From: an uncultured Planctomycetota bacterium
Lineage (GTDB): Bacteria; Planctomycetota; Planctomycetia; Isosphaerales; Isosphaeraceae
Length of the DNA: 64,000 bases
Assembly (NCBI GenBank): GCA_963845755.1
Contig: CAWJTV010000015.1
Location: forward strand, 160,001-224,000
Reading direction: 5' to 3'
Shown here: one piece after another, positions 23,614-36,500 of the stretch
Numbering within the stretch: the stretch's first letter is position 1
How the letters are laid out: each line of letters opens with the position of its first letter
Made by a program: the position numbers and the translations under genes
Notes under the pieces: generated by a model
The model's database searches: none
Seen by the model: only the letters and a program-made list of their open reading frames with translations
Told to the model about the DNA's origin: nothing

Positions 23614-24130
23614 GCGCGGATCCACAGTCCCCGCTCGCACAACCTGATGAGGCTGGTCAAGAGCGCGGTTTCCCGCGATCGAGAGGACATCGCGGGACAC
23701 GCCGTCTCCTCCAGCGGATTCTTGTAGCAGCCGGATCCTTCCGGCGATCCGAGATCGAGAAACCGAGACTCCTCCCACACGTAGGTTTCGGGTATGATCA
23801 TGGCTGAGGCTCGGGCGTCGTCCGACGTCGGATCACGAAGGGTCAGGAGCAGATTTCAGTTAACGGTTAGTCCCCAAACCCTTTTCTCATCCAACGACTT
23901 TTGATCCCCATCGTCCTTATTTGGGCACGTCCGGATCCTTAGCACCTCGCCACGGTGAAGAGGCCCGGAATTCCCTTCGGGAGGGCGAGACTCCGTGCGA
24001 GTCGACCATGGTAAGCGGCTCGGACCGAGCCTCGCCCTCTCCAATTCCGATCCTCATATTCGAGGTGCAGTTCTGAGGTCCCCGGGGCGGGCGACCGCCC
24101 TGGGGGATCGGGCCCAATTCCGGTCGGGAG

Positions 24131-24802
24131 TCAGTTCGAGGACCGCTTGCGTCGCGCGAAAGAATGGCCGAGGCCCACCAGTATCGCGATACCGCCCGAG
24201 ACGATCGACGTTGGCTCGGGGACGGCACTCTGGTAACCAACTTCGACATTGGTGACCCCGGGGAGACTTCCGGAACCGTACTGCGTCGTGAGGATGAACG
24301 CGGTAATGTACTCGCCCGGTGTGGTCGTGAGGAAGCCCAGGAAGCTCAGGGATTGAGTTCCATTGTCATATGCTTGATATGGTAGTATATAGCTGCTCAG
24401 GTTGGTATCGACCTCGATCTGAATCTGGTCCTGACGAGCCAGAACGCCCATGTCGAATCCAAACATGTTATACTGTGCCGATGAATCGACGGTCCCGCTA
24501 ACGGGCGACCAGTAGTTGTTTGTCATCAGATTCACGATCGGGTCGTATCCGGTTCCCGTCCCGGTGACAAGGTTTTGATCCGAAGTGTAGGTAACGCCAC
24601 CCCGGGTGAACGGGTCGCCAGGAAAGCTGAACCCGGAGCCGAAATCATTGAAATTCGAGTCGAAGACGATGGTCCCCGATGCATTGAACGTCGAAGAATT
24701 CGTCTCGACAAGCAACCCCGCCGTTGCCTGCCCCGTCGTTGTTGCCACCAGGCACATCGTCGCCACAGTCAAGACGATCCGCTTCATTGCGATCCTCATC
24801 AT
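24131..24802 (-). CDS. PEP-CTERM sorting-domain protein
   Basis: Signal peptide; C-terminal VPEPTS + TM helix + RRKR. Confidence 0.88.
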   Translation of the reverse strand: MMRIAMKRIVLTVATMCLVATTTGQATAGLLVETNSSTFNASGTIVFDSNFNDFGSGFSFPGDPFTRGGVTYTSDQNLVTGTGTGYDPIVNLMTNNYWSPVSGTVDSSAQYNMFGFDMGVLARQDQIQIEVDTNLSSYILPYQAYDNGTQSLSFLGFLTTTPGEYITAFILTTQYGSGSLPGVTNVEVGYQSAVPEPTSIVSGGIAILVGLGHSFARRKRSSN

Positions 24803-24926
24803 CGTATATCTCTCCTACGAGACCCTCTCATCCGCTGACTTGTAGCCATCGACCATAGATGAGCTAAAGCGAATTATCTGCGAGGGAGTTTCATATCTTT
24901 CTCATGGTGCGATGCGACGTTCAATA

Positions 24927-24976
24927 ATGTTGGAAAAAACCAACGAAACTCATGTTGGAAAAAACCAACGAAACTC
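24927..24976. repeat. exact tandem duplication of a 25-bp unit containing a palindrome
   Basis: ATGTTGGAAAAAACCAACGAAACTC x2; internal GTTGG-A6-CCAAC. Confidence 0.85.
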
Positions 24977-25415
24977 GAATATGGTCAACACAAAGGGGTC
25001 ACGCGGAGACAAAGAGGTCAGGAGGAGACACAGGGGTCGCGAGACAAACGGACCAGGAGCTGATTCCAGTAAACGGCTACTCCCAACCCAGTTCCTCATC
25101 CAGCGCACTGACGATGGGACTCAGAACACGCGCACCGCACCTGGCCATTCCCGTAGGCTGCTCTGCGAGCGCCGCGGTGGGCCGGCGACGAGCATCGGTG
25201 CTTACAGAGCACCCGTCTGGCCCGGACACAACCCAGGCGTGAAATGCTCTAACACCCACTTCCACGATTGTCTATTGAGCGACGTCGAAGCGATGCCGGC
25301 CCGGCTATGCAAAGAAGTCTCCCATGTCGAGTCGGATCACTCCGTTGAGCAGCCAGACCAAGACAAACCGACCCCTAGAGCCTTCCGTAGGCTCCCTACG
25401 CCCTGCGCACATCTG

Positions 25416-25497
25416 GGGATTCCGAATTCCGGATTCGCGATTCCGGATTCCCGGATCATTCCCCTTCGGGAATCCGGAATCGCGAATCGGGAATCCC
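25416..25497. repeat. inverted array of 7-bp repeats (ATTCCGG-like)
   Basis: gggattccgaattccggattcgcgattccggattcccg ... cgggaatccggaatcgcgaatcgggaatccc. Confidence 0.75.
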
Positions 25498-25699
25498 GAT
25501 TGGGTTGCGGCCGAAGGCCGCGTTAGGAGGCGGCCGGCAATTAGAGGCATTCGCTGAGGAAGGATTGTCATGGCTCGGTCCTCCGTATCTCGACGTAAGC
25601 CCAACCATTCCTGTCATGAGGCGCACAGTAACCGAACTTGCGACACTTCTCGCCGAACACCACTCGGTTCATGAACCGACGAGCGGGATTCCGCGGCAA

Positions 25700-25913
25700 C
25701 CCTTACGCCAAAGGCGTTAAGAGCAAAGCCCAGGTTCGCCACGGGCGCACCCTGGGTCGGGAACTTCCTTCCCAGGCGAACCGGAGCGTCGGGCTGGGGA
25801 AACCCCGTTGGGGTGCGCCGGAGGAGAGGGAAACCGGAACTCGGTGGCGACTCGACGTTCCCAGGTGCGCCTGCGGCGACCCTGGACTTTGCTGTGCAAC
25901 GCCGTTGGCGTAG
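25700..25913. repeat. inverted pair of a ~60-bp REP/MITE-like element (same family as 54017-54260)
   Basis: tacgccaaaggcgtt..aaagcccagg.tcgcc..ggcgcaccctggg with its reverse complement at 25860-25913. Confidence 0.75.
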
Positions 25914-26145
25914 AGAACTCTGTCGAACCGAGGTGGTGATGAGCGAGGAGTGTCGAATTTGCCGGCTGGTTCGCGTCTCTCGGTGACTCATCCCGCAATG
26001 GCCTCACGGCGTATCGCTTTCACCGGATCGCGGGTATTCTCCAGAGTCTTAATGGCGTCGGCACGGGTTGGTCGTCGAAATCGACACTCGCGATCGGGAA
26101 TTGCTCAGGGAGATGCGTTTCCACCGACTCTCGAGACGCTCACGC

Positions 26146-27973
26146 TCAGTCGAGTTCGCCGCCATACATCGCCGCGAGAGCCTTCAGCGCTGCCTTCGGC
26201 CGCCGGTCGATCGTGACCGCTCCGAAGGCTCCGAACGGCCCGTTCGCCTCGAAATGCCTCCGGTGCTCGTAATCGGCCCAGGACCACAGGACGCCGCCCG
26301 AGACCTCGGGGACGGCGGAGATCGCCTCCCACGCCGAGCGGATGTAGGCGCCCTGGAAATCCTCGGTTGAGGCGACGTCTCCGTGCATCCCGGGAATGCC
26401 CACGGCCCCAAATTCCGCGATCAGGAGCGGCTTGCCCGGGAACGCGTTGATCTGACGTCGTAAATGCTCCTCGGACGGCCTCCGCGCACGCTCGTCGAGC
26501 TGATTGCGATGGACCGCGATGGTCCCGCCGATCGACCCGTAGTACATGTTGGTCGCCACGAGGTCGGCGTCGTCATAGGCTCGGTGCTCGCGGACCGAGC
26601 CTGGTGCCGTCACGAAGGTGACCAGGCGCGTGGGGTCGAGTTGCTTCGTCCGGCCGATGAGAGTACGCATGACCTTGATGCCAATCGCGTTGTCGGTCTT
26701 CGACTCGTTGGCCATGCTCCAGATGAGGATACAAGGGTGGTTCTTGTCGCGGCGGATCATGGTTTCGAGCATCGGCAGGGCGCGATCGAGGATGTGTTCG
26801 TCCTGGACCACGCCTTCCTTGCCGAACCACTCGACGCCCCACCAGTTGATCGGCAGTTCCTCCAGGAACAGCATGCCCAGGCGATCGCAGAGGTCGAGGA
26901 ACTCGGGCGTTTGCGGGTAGTGGGCGCGGATCAGGTTGATGCCGGTCTTCTTCATCAACCGCAGCTCATCCTCGACGAGCTTCATGGGCGGGTTCGGGCC
27001 GAACCGGCCGAACTCGTCGTAGCGATTAACACCCTGGATCTTCAAAGGCTTGCCATTGAGGAGGATCCGTCGGCCTCGCGCGGCGATCGTCCGGATCCCG
27101 AACGATGATGAGGCCCGGTCGATCACCGTCTCGCCCCGATTCAGGGTCGCGACCAGGGTGTTCAGAGCCGGCGACTCGGGCGACCAGGTCCTGGCTTGCG
27201 CGAGCTTCAAGGTCAACTCGTGTCGAGAGGTCGTGCCCGTGCGAGTCGCCATCGATAACGTTCGTGCCGATGGCTCGTTGCCGACGATTCCGAGCTGCAG
27301 GAACACACCCTCGGTATCCTCACTCGCGTGGATCTCGACCGTACAGGCGATGGAGGCTCCGTCGCCTTCGGGTACAGCCCGGATGCCGATGTCCCTGATG
27401 TGAATCAACGCCTTGCTCTCGACGCGGACGGGCTGGAGGATTCCTCCGTACTGCACCCACTCGATCTGCTTGGCCGCCGGGGGCCAGTCGATCCGTGGCC
27501 GATTATCGACCCGCAGCACGAGGTGGTTGGCCGAGTCTTTGAGCTTTCCTGTCACGTCGAATGCGAACGGGAGATAACCGTCGATGTGCTCGTCAAGCAG
27601 CTCGCCGTTGAGCCAGACCATGGCGTGGTACATGACCCGGCCAAACGTCAGGTGCTGGACCTTGCCCGCCCGGGCCCATGTGCCGTCGAGCGTCACCGCA
27701 TACCAGCCGATCCCCTCGTAGCCGTGCATCGCCTCGTCGAAGAGATCCCACGCTCTGGGCACCTCGAGCCTCGCGCCAACCGGATCGATCGAACTCGGTG
27801 CTGAACCAGCGCTCGCGCTCGCCCACATCGCGGGTGTTAACCTGGAATCGCCAGCCGCTGGCGATCTCGCGAACCGTGCGCGGACCGGAATCCTGCGCCT
27901 CGGCGACGGGACTGCCCATCAGCAGGCCGACCGCCGTGAGCATCACAACCGATAACGCTTTGAAGCACTTCAT
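26146..27973 (-). CDS. glycoside hydrolase family 2 (beta-glucuronidase/galactosidase-like), frameshifted near 27770
   Basis: LNGKPLKIQGVNR, IRAHYP, DKNHPCILIWSMANE and LIAEFGA; signal peptide MKCFKALS. Confidence 0.9.
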
Positions 27974-28095
27974 GAATATGCGTCCCTGTGAGATTCGATC
28001 GGGTTCGATGCCACACCGGTGGAAATGGGTTCGGACGGGACCGCTTCCCAGGAATCGCGGTGCCTCTCGGATCGAGCCTGGCACGCGAGACACCG

Positions 28096-28602
28096 TTAGA
28101 GTGGGAATCGGCCCTCTCGCGGCCTCGAGACGGTCGTCGATTCGGATAACAGCGTCGGCCGTCGACACTCCGGACACCAGCGGAGTATCACTCCTCGGGC
28201 CAGGAAAATGAATGCGATGCCGAGCAAGACGACGCGGCCGGAACTCTCGGCGAGATACACATAGCTGATGAGGACACGGTCCGTGGCGTATCCGTAGAGG
28301 TACCGGACCAGGCTCCAGATCGCGAACCCGAGAGCGTCAGCGACCGAGACCAACAAGAGCGCCCGGATCAGCCAATCCTTCATCGGGCCTTTCCGGAGCA
28401 CCGGGAACGCGACCACGGCCAGAACCAGCGGGACTGCCACGGCCGACCAGACGAGGGTGCGCCACCAAGTCCCGATCCCGACGATCGCGAGGCGCGCGAA
28501 CGGCGTCACGCAGGCCGAGGCGGCTGCTGCGAAGATCACCAATTTCATCATCTGAGGCATTGATTGCGTCAAACGAGGACGATGAGGGCGGCCCACGCTC
28601 AT
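28096..28602 (-). CDS. hypothetical membrane protein with a CxxC after the TM helices
   Basis: About four hydrophobic helices followed by RWCPECRR. Confidence 0.55.
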   Translation of the reverse strand: MSVGRPHRPRLTQSMPQMMKLVIFAAAASACVTPFARLAIVGIGTWWRTLVWSAVAVPLVLAVVAFPVLRKGPMKDWLIRALLLVSVADALGFAIWSLVRYLYGYATDRVLISYVYLAESSGRVVLLGIAFIFLARGVILRWCPECRRPTLLSESTTVSRPREGRFPL

Positions 28603-28624
28603 GGGAATCTCCTTCCGACCAGGT

Positions 28625-29135
28625 TCAGCCGTCGATCTCGCGGTCCCAGAGACTGGTTGACATGGTTCGGCCCGGAGCTTTCCGATCCGGCTTCTGGGAT
28701 TCCCAGTGAATCCCCATGCGATACCCGAGGTAACCCCCAGGGATCGTGCCCAGAAAGATCGCGGCACCGACGCCGAGAATGAATCCCCGCTCGCCTGGGA
28801 ATAAGACGATGCCAGCGAGGCCGAGAACGAGCCAGGAGATGATCACCATCAAGATGATGGTCCAACCGGTCCGCTTGACGAATCCGCCCGCGAATCCGCC
28901 CACGAAAGCGAAATGGCCGGCCACGAGCAGCCATCAGCAGGACTTGACCGCCGCCACTCAGTTGGAGCGGCTTCGCGCGAGTGCCTACGACCATCGACAG
29001 AATACCGAACACGGCCCCACAGATTGCACCGATGACCAGACCCCGAGGAGACAAGTCGGGCCCGCCGTTCGATGGTTTCGCGTTGCCTGGCTGCCGGCGG
29101 ATTGTCGCAGGCGAATCCGAGTCAACTGGAGTCAT
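28625..29135 (-). CDS. small Gly-rich membrane protein (frameshifted)
   Basis: Hydrophobic segments split between ORFs 28599..29135 and 28625..28924; start overlaps the upstream stop. Confidence 0.5.
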
Positions 29136-31265
29136 GGATCGAGCCTCCGGTACACGAGCATGCGGCGAAGGAAGTCCTGGATCGACCGACCCGGGGTGTC
29201 ATTCGAGACGACGCGAACCTGGTTCGGCAAGTGCTTCCGGGCTGTCGGCTCCGCGAGCCGATTCCCGTCGCCCTCGATCGGGTTGACGATCAAGCCCTGG
29301 GCGACGCTCCGGGCCAGGAATTGCGGGAGATCGCCATGTCGTAATCCATCGAAGACGAAGAACGTGGCGGGGATCTCCCGGTCGAACGACGTGGTCCGGT
29401 TGCCGTCGGCCGGCATCAGCCGGAACGAGTCGCGGAGCGCGTTGGGCCGCTCGAAGAACGCGCGATAGCTGAGGAATCCGTCGCGCAGCAGATACCATGC
29501 GAGTCGCGTTCGTCCGGGCTCGCCACGTCCATCGTGAGCGATCGCATAGATCGCCAGAAGGGACGCATTCTGACCCCGTGCGTACAGGCCGATCGGCTTG
29601 CCCGGGAATGCGCCGGTGGTGTCCAGCGCCTGGATCACGCGGCTCACGTCGTACGACTGGCGGCCCACGAAGTTCTCGCCCAGCAGCAGGCTGACGGCGA
29701 AGACCCAGCCGGTCTTCATGGTGGCCGATTCGCCGAGGCCGCGCGGGTCGACGCCGCAGACCGCCCAGCCGCGTTCGAATGAGTCCACGACGACCGGATC
29801 CGAGGCCAGGGCTTCCTTGCCGCGATCGTCGACGGCCACGACGACACCACGGACTTCTCCTGGCGGCTGGAGCAGAAACGCCGGAATCGTGATCTCCGAT
29901 TCGGTTGGGATCAAGAGTCGCTGGATGCGGACAGGCTCGACGCGGAGTCGGGACAATTGCGGTGCCGGCCAGGGTCCCAGGATCGATTCCAGCTCGAGTT
30001 TCCGGTCGGGCGAGTCCGGCGGGAGGTTGTGGGCGAGGCGCTGAACCATGGCGATGATCGCCGGCCCGGCCTGCTGATTCTGGCCCGGTGGAAAGCAGCG
30101 GAGTTCTGGAGCGTCGAACTCGGGCGTCTCGGTTGGCGGCTCCGAGAACGGGAGGCCGTCGCCGCGGTCCATCAGCCAGCGGAGGAACCAGCCGTAGGCC
30201 GCCTCACGCTTCTTCCGCTGATAACCGTGCCCTTCGGTTAAGTCGACGACCAGGCCAATCTTTTGACCGGAGTCGTACGCGTCGTAGAGGGCGTGTCCAT
30301 ATTCCGCGACGGCCCGCACGCCCTCGACCGGGAAGCTCTGGTCCTGCTCGGCGGCGATGATCAAGAGCGGCTTCGGCGCCGCCATTGCCAGCAATTCGTG
30401 GTTATTGGCGTATTGGATCAGGCCGGGCACGAAGTGGCAGTGTTCGGCGGCCTGGTACCAATCCAGCGGCCGGCAGACGTGGATCTGCTCGGCGAAATCG
30501 CTCGTGCCGACGACCGGGACCGCCGCCGCGATCCGATCGTCGAGTGCCGCGGTGATCCAGGTGTTGTAGCCGCCTCCCGAGGCCCCCGTAATCCCGATTC
30601 GACGCGGGTCAACCTCTTTTCGCGACACGAGGTACTCGATCGCACAACGCATCTCGTGCTCGGCGATCCCTTGCTGGGCAATGCCCACCAGGAGCGCCTC
30701 GGTGCGGCGATGGTCGCGCGAAGAGACTCCGCGCTCTCCCTGGCCGAAGGGATCGAAGGTCAGCACGACGAAGCCCAGACGCGCCATGTTGATGCAGAAC
30801 GCCTGGAAATCGGGCCGGGTCTTGCTGTCCACCCACCAGTGTCCGGGATAGAAAAGCACGGCCGGCGCTGGCCGGACCAATCCGTTGGGGATGTAGAGGT
30901 GCGCCGGGACCATGAGGTCGGGCAGTGTCTGGTAGACGATCTTCTCCACGCGGTATCTGTTCCGAGCGAGGGTGCCCACGATCTTCGGCTGGAGGTTGGG
31001 CGGCCAGGGCAGGCTCTGAAGCCCGAGGGAGTGCACCAGCCTCCGCCGGAGCGGCGGACGGGCCGAGTCGGCTTCCTGGCGATTGCGCGCCCGCGGGATG
31101 GCTGCTCAGCGCACGACGGGCGCGTGCTTCCAGGTTGTCCAGGACCGCCGTCTCCTGGGTCGTGACGTCCTTCGGCCGCAAGGCGGCGATCTCCTGTGGG
31201 AGGTCGACCTCAGCGGTCACGGAATTGAGGAGAGCGATGAAGACGAGGGCGACCTGATTGGCCAT
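29132..31265 (-). CDS. acetylxylan-esterase-like alpha/beta hydrolase (frameshifted near 31100)
   Basis: DPFGQGER, VDPRRIGITGASGGG and MAAPKPLLI; second hydrolase-like half. Confidence 0.85.
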
Positions 31266-31327
31266 GGTGATGCCACCCGTTGCGAATTGGAGACTGTTCA
31301 GGAGACTCGCGCCGAACAATCCGTTGC

Positions 31328-33407
31328 TCAATTATGCGAGTTCGCCTCGATCCATCGCGGCCGTGAGACCACCGTGCGATAATTGGACTCGTTGTAATCC
31401 GGGTTGCGGATCGGTGCATAGAGTTTCTTGCCGGCAAAGGGCCGGTCCTGGGTGTAGATCCAGACGCGTTCCTGATCCCAGAGGATGACCTCGTCGCGGG
31501 AGTCGCCGGTCAGGTTGGCCACGTTGGCGGTCAGGTCCGGGTGACCGTCGTCGGGGAACATCACGACGCGCCGCAGATGACCGTCGATCATGCCCCCCTC
31601 GCGGGCATTCCCGGAGAGCAGGACGAATTCCTGTCCGTCGCCGCGCCAGTTCACGGGCAGCATGGGACTGCCCGAATGAATCGGCTCTTCCTGGGCCAGG
31701 AGGTTGCCATCCGCATCGAACAGGGTGACGATCCCCGGGTTCTTCCAGAAATTGACGCACATGAGCTGGAGGCCCGGCAAGTCGGGGCGGAACTTGCCCA
31801 CGCTGGCAGTCTGGGCGTGACCGATGCGTTCGTGCTTGAGGATCGTCCCGAGGCGATCGAAGATCAGGAACCCTTCGTCGCTTCCCCAGGCATAGACCCG
31901 CGGCTCGGCTTTCGGGTCGGCGCCGAAGGACCCGACCGCGAGGCCGTCGGCGTGGTCGTGCAGCTCCTTGTCCCGGCTCCAGAGCGGATGGCCGGCTGGG
32001 TTCCAGACGGCGTAGCCGATCGCGAGTTCCTCACGGCCGTCGCCGTCGAGGTCGAAGGGGTACGGGATAATGGCCGGTCTGGCCCTGGCCTTGCCACAGA
32101 CGTTCCAGGCGATTGTTATAGACCCAGAAGTTGGTGTAGCGGTCCTTGACCATGACATCCTGACGCTTCCCCTGTCCGGAGAGATCCAGGAAGGCCAGCG
32201 AGTCGCCGTTGGTCAGCGTGTAAGGCTTCAACCGGTTGTCGACCAGGGCCGGCGGCATCGAGGACGATTGCCGTAGCTTTCCCGTGGCGCCTTCACGGAT
32301 CTGGATCTGGAAGTCCTTCACCATGACGACCTCGTTGCGGCCGTCGCCGTCGAGGTCGTGGATCTGGAACGGGGTATCCGCGGTCAGGAGACCGTTGCGC
32401 GGGTCCGGCCGGCCCAGTTGCCAGAGCACCTTGCCGTCGAGCGTCACGGCGGTCAGGCAACTGATCTGGATGAAGTTGTCGCCGATCCGCGGGATGTTCT
32501 GGGCGATCAGCATCTCGGGCGCGCCGTCGCCGTCGAGGTCGCCGAATCGCGCATTCCGCCCGGCGCCGAATCGCGGGGTGTTGAATGACTTCCAGAGCTT
32601 GGGTCGTGGGTTCTCCGCGCGGAGCCGGGTCAGGTCCGCCTCGCGCCGGGCGATCCGGTCGGCGATCGCTTTCTCGACCTCCTCGGATGCCGAGACACGG
32701 AAGTCCTGGAACCGCGCGGGGATGTTGGCGGTGACACCCGCCTTCCCGCGAAGCAGCTCGCCGTCGTCGGCGGTGAGGACGAGTTTTCCATCGATGGATG
32801 CCTTGATCGCCGAGCCCGCGTTCTCGACTGCCAGATGGTAATAATGCGTCGTGTCGTAGGGGAAGGACACGTTGCCGAGCTCGCGCCACTCCGCCACGCG
32901 AAACGTCTTTTCCAGCGGCAGCCGCACGGCCAGGCGGGCCGTTTTCCCGCCGGTGAGAGCGAAAAGGTAATAGTGGCGATTGGTGTGATACCGGAAGACG
33001 ACGCCGGCCATGTCAGCCAGTGACAGCGGCTTCACCTGGACATCAACCGTGTAACTCTCCCACTCGGGATCCCCGGTGATGAAGAGCGGATTCATGATCG
33101 CCGACTGCTCGTTGACCGTGTGCTGCTCCAGGTAGGGCGTGCCGTCCTCGTCGCCGACGGCCCAGGCGTCGAGGTGGCAAATCGCGTTGGCCCACGGCCC
33201 GAGAGGCACGCCCCGGTGCGGCAAGTAATGATACTCCTGGATCGCACCGTTGAGTTGCCCGATCGGCCTGGTCAACCATCCCGGAGGGAAGCGGGAGAAG
33301 TCGTCGCGGAAGAGGTCGGCGCCCTGACAGGGCCATTCCAGCAGTGTGGCGATAAGAGCCGCGGTAAAGGCCCACGAGAGCCTTGTCCTTCTCGGCAGGT
33401 TGACCAT
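31328..33407 (-). CDS. secreted protein with DUF1080-like N-terminus and FG-GAP/beta-propeller (rhamnogalacturonan lyase-like) repeats, frameshifted near 32060
   Basis: Repeated DLDGDG.xE motifs, GHAQ and ANLTGDSRDEV. Confidence 0.7.
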
Positions 33408-33550
33408 GAGCGGCTCCTTGTCGCTTCCCGACTGTTGAGGGGTTTGGAAATCCTCGACCGGTTCGCCATTTTAATGGATCCACCGCCCAGTTCGCCGCAG
33501 TAATAATGATAGAAGTGGTACGGCACACCGAAGCAACGGGAGTCACGATC

Positions 33551-36500
33551 ATGGCCAACGGGAGCCACGGCTCGGCCTTGCGGCAGATCCGCCGGGTCTT
33601 CGATGAGGGGACACTCGCCGGACTGAGCGAGGGACAGCTCCTGGAACGGTTCGTCAACCGACTCGACGAGGCCGCGTTCGAGGCGATCCTGGCGCGGTAC
33701 GGTCCGATGGTCCTGGGCGTGTGCCGGCGGTTCCTGCACCAGTCGCACGACATCGAGGACGCCTTTCAGGCGACGTTCCTCATCCTGGTCCGGCGGGCCA
33801 AGTCGCTGCGGGATCGTGACCTGCTGGGACACTGGCTCTATGGGGTGGCTTATCGGGTCGCGGTCCGGGCGCGGGCACAGGCCGTTTTGCGTCGATTACG
33901 GGAAGGCTCGGCGGTCAAGGATGTCGCCGTGGTCGCCGACTCTGCCGCCGAATCCGACTGGCAAGAGTTGAATCCCTTGCTCGACGCGGAGATCAACCGG
34001 CTTCCCGAGCGGTTCCGCGCGCCGATCGTGCTCTGTCTGATCGAGGACCGTACGCACGAAGAGGCGGCCCGCGCGCTGGGCTGGCCGGTGGGCACGGTCA
34101 AGAGCCGCCTGGCACGAGGGCGAGAGCGGCTGCGGTCGCGATTGGCCCGACTGGGTCTTGCGCCATCGGCAGCGCTCCTGGCGTTTGCCGTGGCTCCTGA
34201 TCCGGTTCGCGCGGCGGTCCCGTCGGCCCTGGCCCAGGTCACACTCCAGGCCGCGCGACGGATCGCCGCCGGACGCGCCCTGCTCGGAGCGTCGTCGGCT
34301 GTCGCACTGGCCAGAGGCGTACTCCGGTCGCTGGCGCTGGCCCGACTCGGCGTCGCTGCCCTGGTCCTCTTCGCGGTCGCGGCCGCCGGGATGGTCGTCG
34401 CTGGTACGCTCCGAGCGACTGCTGAGTCCGAGTCAACGGCCGCCCCACCCGCGCCCATCACCCCCGTGCCCTCTGGACAGGCCGCGCCGCCTCGGGCCGA
34501 GGCGCGGACCCTCGATCTCCACGTCATCGCACGCAAGACGCGCCAGCCCGTTCCCGGTGCGGTTGTGTTTATTGAGGGTCGCCGGAAGGAGAGCTCCACA
34601 ACCGACGCACAGGGCCGCTGCGCAATCGCACTGCCGAAGATTCCGAGTCGGGATGACTTCAACATCTCCGTCTGGAAAGACGGATTCGCTCCGTTGAACA
34701 TCCATTGCACCGGGTACGACCTGATCGATGATACCTTCACGAATTACACGGCTGAACTCGAACCGGCGGTGGCGATCGGCGGAACGGTCCAGGACGAGCA
34801 GGGGCATCCCATCGCCGGCGCCAGGATCCGGATCCGGCTACAGCATTTTCCGGCCCAGCTCATCAACCCGGCCCAGTCCCTGAATGATCGCGACTCCATC
34901 GAGATTGGGGTCTCCGACCCGATCGAGACCGATGCGGCCGGCCGATGGCGGCTGGGAATGTTTCCGGCCGATTTCCGGGCTAGCGAGCCTCTCAGCATCG
35001 AGGTGTCCCATCCCGACTATGTGTCCGACGTCACCCAGCCCCGGCCGAATCCCCCGCTCGAGGACCTGCGCAATCAATCGGCGATCCACGTGATGACGAA
35101 AGGGCTTCCCGTGCGCGGGACCGTGCTGGACCCGGCGGGAAAGCCAGTCGAGGGCGCAGGCGCTCATCCTGGCCTGGAGCCGGTCGAACGAGTATGAGCG
35201 GTATACCACGACGACGGATGCCGCCGGCCGGTTCGCATTCGGGCAGGCCCGGGCCGGCGAGCAGGTGCTCTGTGTCCGGTCCGATCGGTTCGCACCGACT
35301 CTCGACGAGATCGCTGTCGGCCCCGACTTCAAACCGATGACGATCCGTCTCCAGCCCGGCCGGAAAATCGAGGGACGCGTGATCGACACGCAAAATCAAC
35401 CGGTCGAGGGAGCCAGGCTCATCGTCGCGGAATGGCGGAGCCGGAATATCCTCGACTGGAAGGCCAAGTCGGACGCTCATGGTCGCTTCGTGTGGGAGAA
35501 CGCGCCGAAGGATCCGTTCACGCTCTCCGTTTTCTGGCAAATCGGCCAGAAGCCGGTCGCCGCCGGCTCCGCGCCGACGATGGTCGTGATCCGGGTGAAG
35601 CCAGAACTTAAACTCGAGGGGACCGTCGTGGATGCGACGACGGGCCGCCCCGTGGAGCGGTTCCGCATGATCCGCGGCTTCACCGAAGACCATCCCCGCG
35701 GCGTTCGCCCGAGGCTTCCCGACGAGCGCGAACGCCCGCAATGGCAATACGAAGATCCCCGGACCTTCGACAACGGCCGCTTCGAGGTCGGTTTCGGCCG
35801 TTATGATCGCATCCGCTCATCCGCCCAGTTCGCCAAGGTTGAGGCCGAGGGCTACATCCCGGAAATCTCGCGAAGCTATCAGTACGACGAAGGGCGCCAG
35901 ACGTGGCACGTCCGCCTCGAACGCTCACCCGGCATCTCGGGTATCATTCGTCTAGCCGACGGTTCACCCATAGCGGGCGCCGACGTGATCCTCGTCACGC
36001 GGACGGAGGATCTGACGGTCCGCAACGGGCACCTCGACCCCAAGCACACCCACGCCGACCGGCGTCGGACCGGAGCCGATGGGCGATTCTGGTTCGCCAG
36101 GCCGGACGAGCCGTTCCTGGTGGCGGTGCTGTCGGATCACGGGTTCGCCGTCCGGACGCCGGAAGAGATGGCCGCTGGCCAGGCCGTGACGCTCCAGCCC
36201 TGGGGTCGCATCGAGGGCGTGCTGCGCGTAGGCTCTCAACTCGGGGCCGGCGAACAGGTCGAGGCCTCCGTCCCCTTCGCCAGGACGGACACGACGTGGA
36301 TCAATTTTCAGTATGATGTGAAGACCAATAATCAGGGACGATTTATCCTGGATCGCGTGCTCCCGGGTGGTCTCTCCCTGGACCGAAAGGTCGCATTTCC
36401 AGAGGCCCTGCTGCCCAACAGCCATTTGGCGTATATCGAAATTCAACCGGGAGCCACTGTCGCGGTGACGCTCGGCACCACCGGCCGGCCGATCGTGGGA

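Noticed and set aside
23610..24130. Short ORFs between the DUF1501 and PEP-CTERM genes
   Set aside because: No motifs or convincing RBS/codon pattern
24912..26100. ORFs across the 25-26 kb intergenic region
   Set aside because: Their translations derive largely from repeats; no recognisable protein
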